From an uncultured delta proteobacterium (GTDB taxonomy: Bacteria; Myxococcota_A; Polyangia; Polyangiales; Polyangiaceae), in NCBI GenBank assembly GCA_963841435.1, contig CAWJCS010000003.1:384001-448000 (forward strand): a stretch of DNA of 64,000 nucleotides, in the 5' to 3' direction. Position numbers and translations under genes: made by a program. Positions within the stretch are counted from its first letter, which is position 1; every line of letters starts with the position of its first letter. Shown here piece by piece: positions 63,140-64,000 of the stretch. Under the pieces are notes generated by a model. The model searched no databases, was not told where the DNA came from, and saw nothing but the letters and a program-made list of their open reading frames with translations.

Positions 63140-64000
63140 CGCGCACGACGCTGCTCGGCGGCCTGCTTTCGACCCTCCTCGCCGCGGGCTGCTACGACAT
63201 GCCGCGCACCAATCCGGCCTCGCGCGGACCGACCTCGTACACCGCAGTCCCCATCGTGCCCAATGCCGACGGCTGGGTCGCGAAGAACGGCAATCCGCTC
63301 GGCATTCAGGGCCATTTTTACGTCTACGGCGACCAATACGACAGCCCGCGCACGTGCACCGACGTGGGTGGGCACCCCGCACAGCGCTGCTCCACCGTGG
63401 AGTCGCCGACCGTGCACGTCCCCAAGCTGGGTTTTACCAATGTCGACGGTCGATTGTGCACGATCGGGACCGCGGCCGAGGTCGTCGCTTGCTGCGACCC
63501 GGCGACGCCCGGTTTGATCGATGACTGCGAAGGCAGCGGCGCCGACACGGCGGTGTGTTGCGCCCCGACGAAGGTGCCGTGCCCCGGCCCCGACACGCTG
63601 CACGACTATTCGAACATGTGGGGCGCGGGCATCGGGCTCGACTTCGACCTCGAGCCAGCGGATTTCGACGGAACCCCACCCACCACGCGCGACCCGAACG
63701 ACCGCAAGGTCTGGAGCGCGCCGGCGCGGCGCGTCGTGGGCGTCGCGTTCGATCTCGACTGGACGTCCGTGAGCGGCGCACCGGAGCCCACGATCAGGGT
63801 GGAAGCGCCGATCCGATTTCCCGACGGGCAACCCTTGCCGAGCGGGCGCGGCGCCGTGCTGCTCGACGGCACGATCATCGAGCCCGACGGCGACCTCCCG
63901 CCTGGCTCGACGAGCGAGGAGCATCCGGTCGGGAGCCCCTTCTGGCGCTCCGGCAAGCGCTGGGAGGACACGGCCGTGAAGGCGGGACACAACGAGCTCT
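63136..64000 (+). CDS. Cys-containing lipoprotein, partial (runs off the right edge; not in ORF track)
   Basis: GTGA overlap; VTRTTLLGGLLSTLLAAGC lipobox, DGWV...NPLGIQG.FY.YGD, WGAGIGLDF. Confidence 0.7.
   Translation, partial: MTRTTLLGGLLSTLLAAGCYDMPRTNPASRGPTSYTAVPIVPNADGWVAKNGNPLGIQGHFYVYGDQYDSPRTCTDVGGHPAQRCSTVESPTVHVPKLGFTNVDGRLCTIGTAAEVVACCDPATPGLIDDCEGSGADTAVCCAPTKVPCPGPDTLHDYSNMWGAGIGLDFDLEPADFDGTPPTTRDPNDRKVWSAPARRVVGVAFDLDWTSVSGAPEPTIRVEAPIRFPDGQPLPSGRGAVLLDGTIIEPDGDLPPGSTSEEHPVGSPFWRSGKRWEDTAVKAGHNEL

Overview
High-GC window from what looks like a myxobacterium of the Sorangium/Polyangium type (MYXO-CTERM protein, FHA-sigma54 activator plus Ser/Thr kinase, DUF1592/DUF1552 pair, many Gly-rich Cys-lipoproteins). 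The centre (11.8-36.9 kb) is an organic-nitrogen scavenging region: triuret hydrolase-like TrtA, NCS2-type permease, amide/urea-type porin, BMP-family ABC transporter with biuret hydrolase BiuH, urtABCDE and ureDABCEFG. No allophanate hydrolase lies in the window, and ureB carries an in-frame TGA. The left end (1-4.6 kb) is an unusual cassette-like array: a 925-aa lipoprotein gene is followed by an overlapping Gly-rich/Cys-rich lipoprotein, then by orphan copies of the large gene's 3' end and a diverged second lipoprotein. Other points: a DUF1415-DbpA fusion, a divergent recA with a sigma54-like promoter, nested palindromes upstream of a TIGR02147 gene, a hairpin covering an SDR start codon, and RND and kinase gene remnants. 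Four genes have single-base frameshifts, probably sequencing errors. I saw no rRNA, tRNA, CRISPR array or transposase. Family names are from motif recognition, not database searches.
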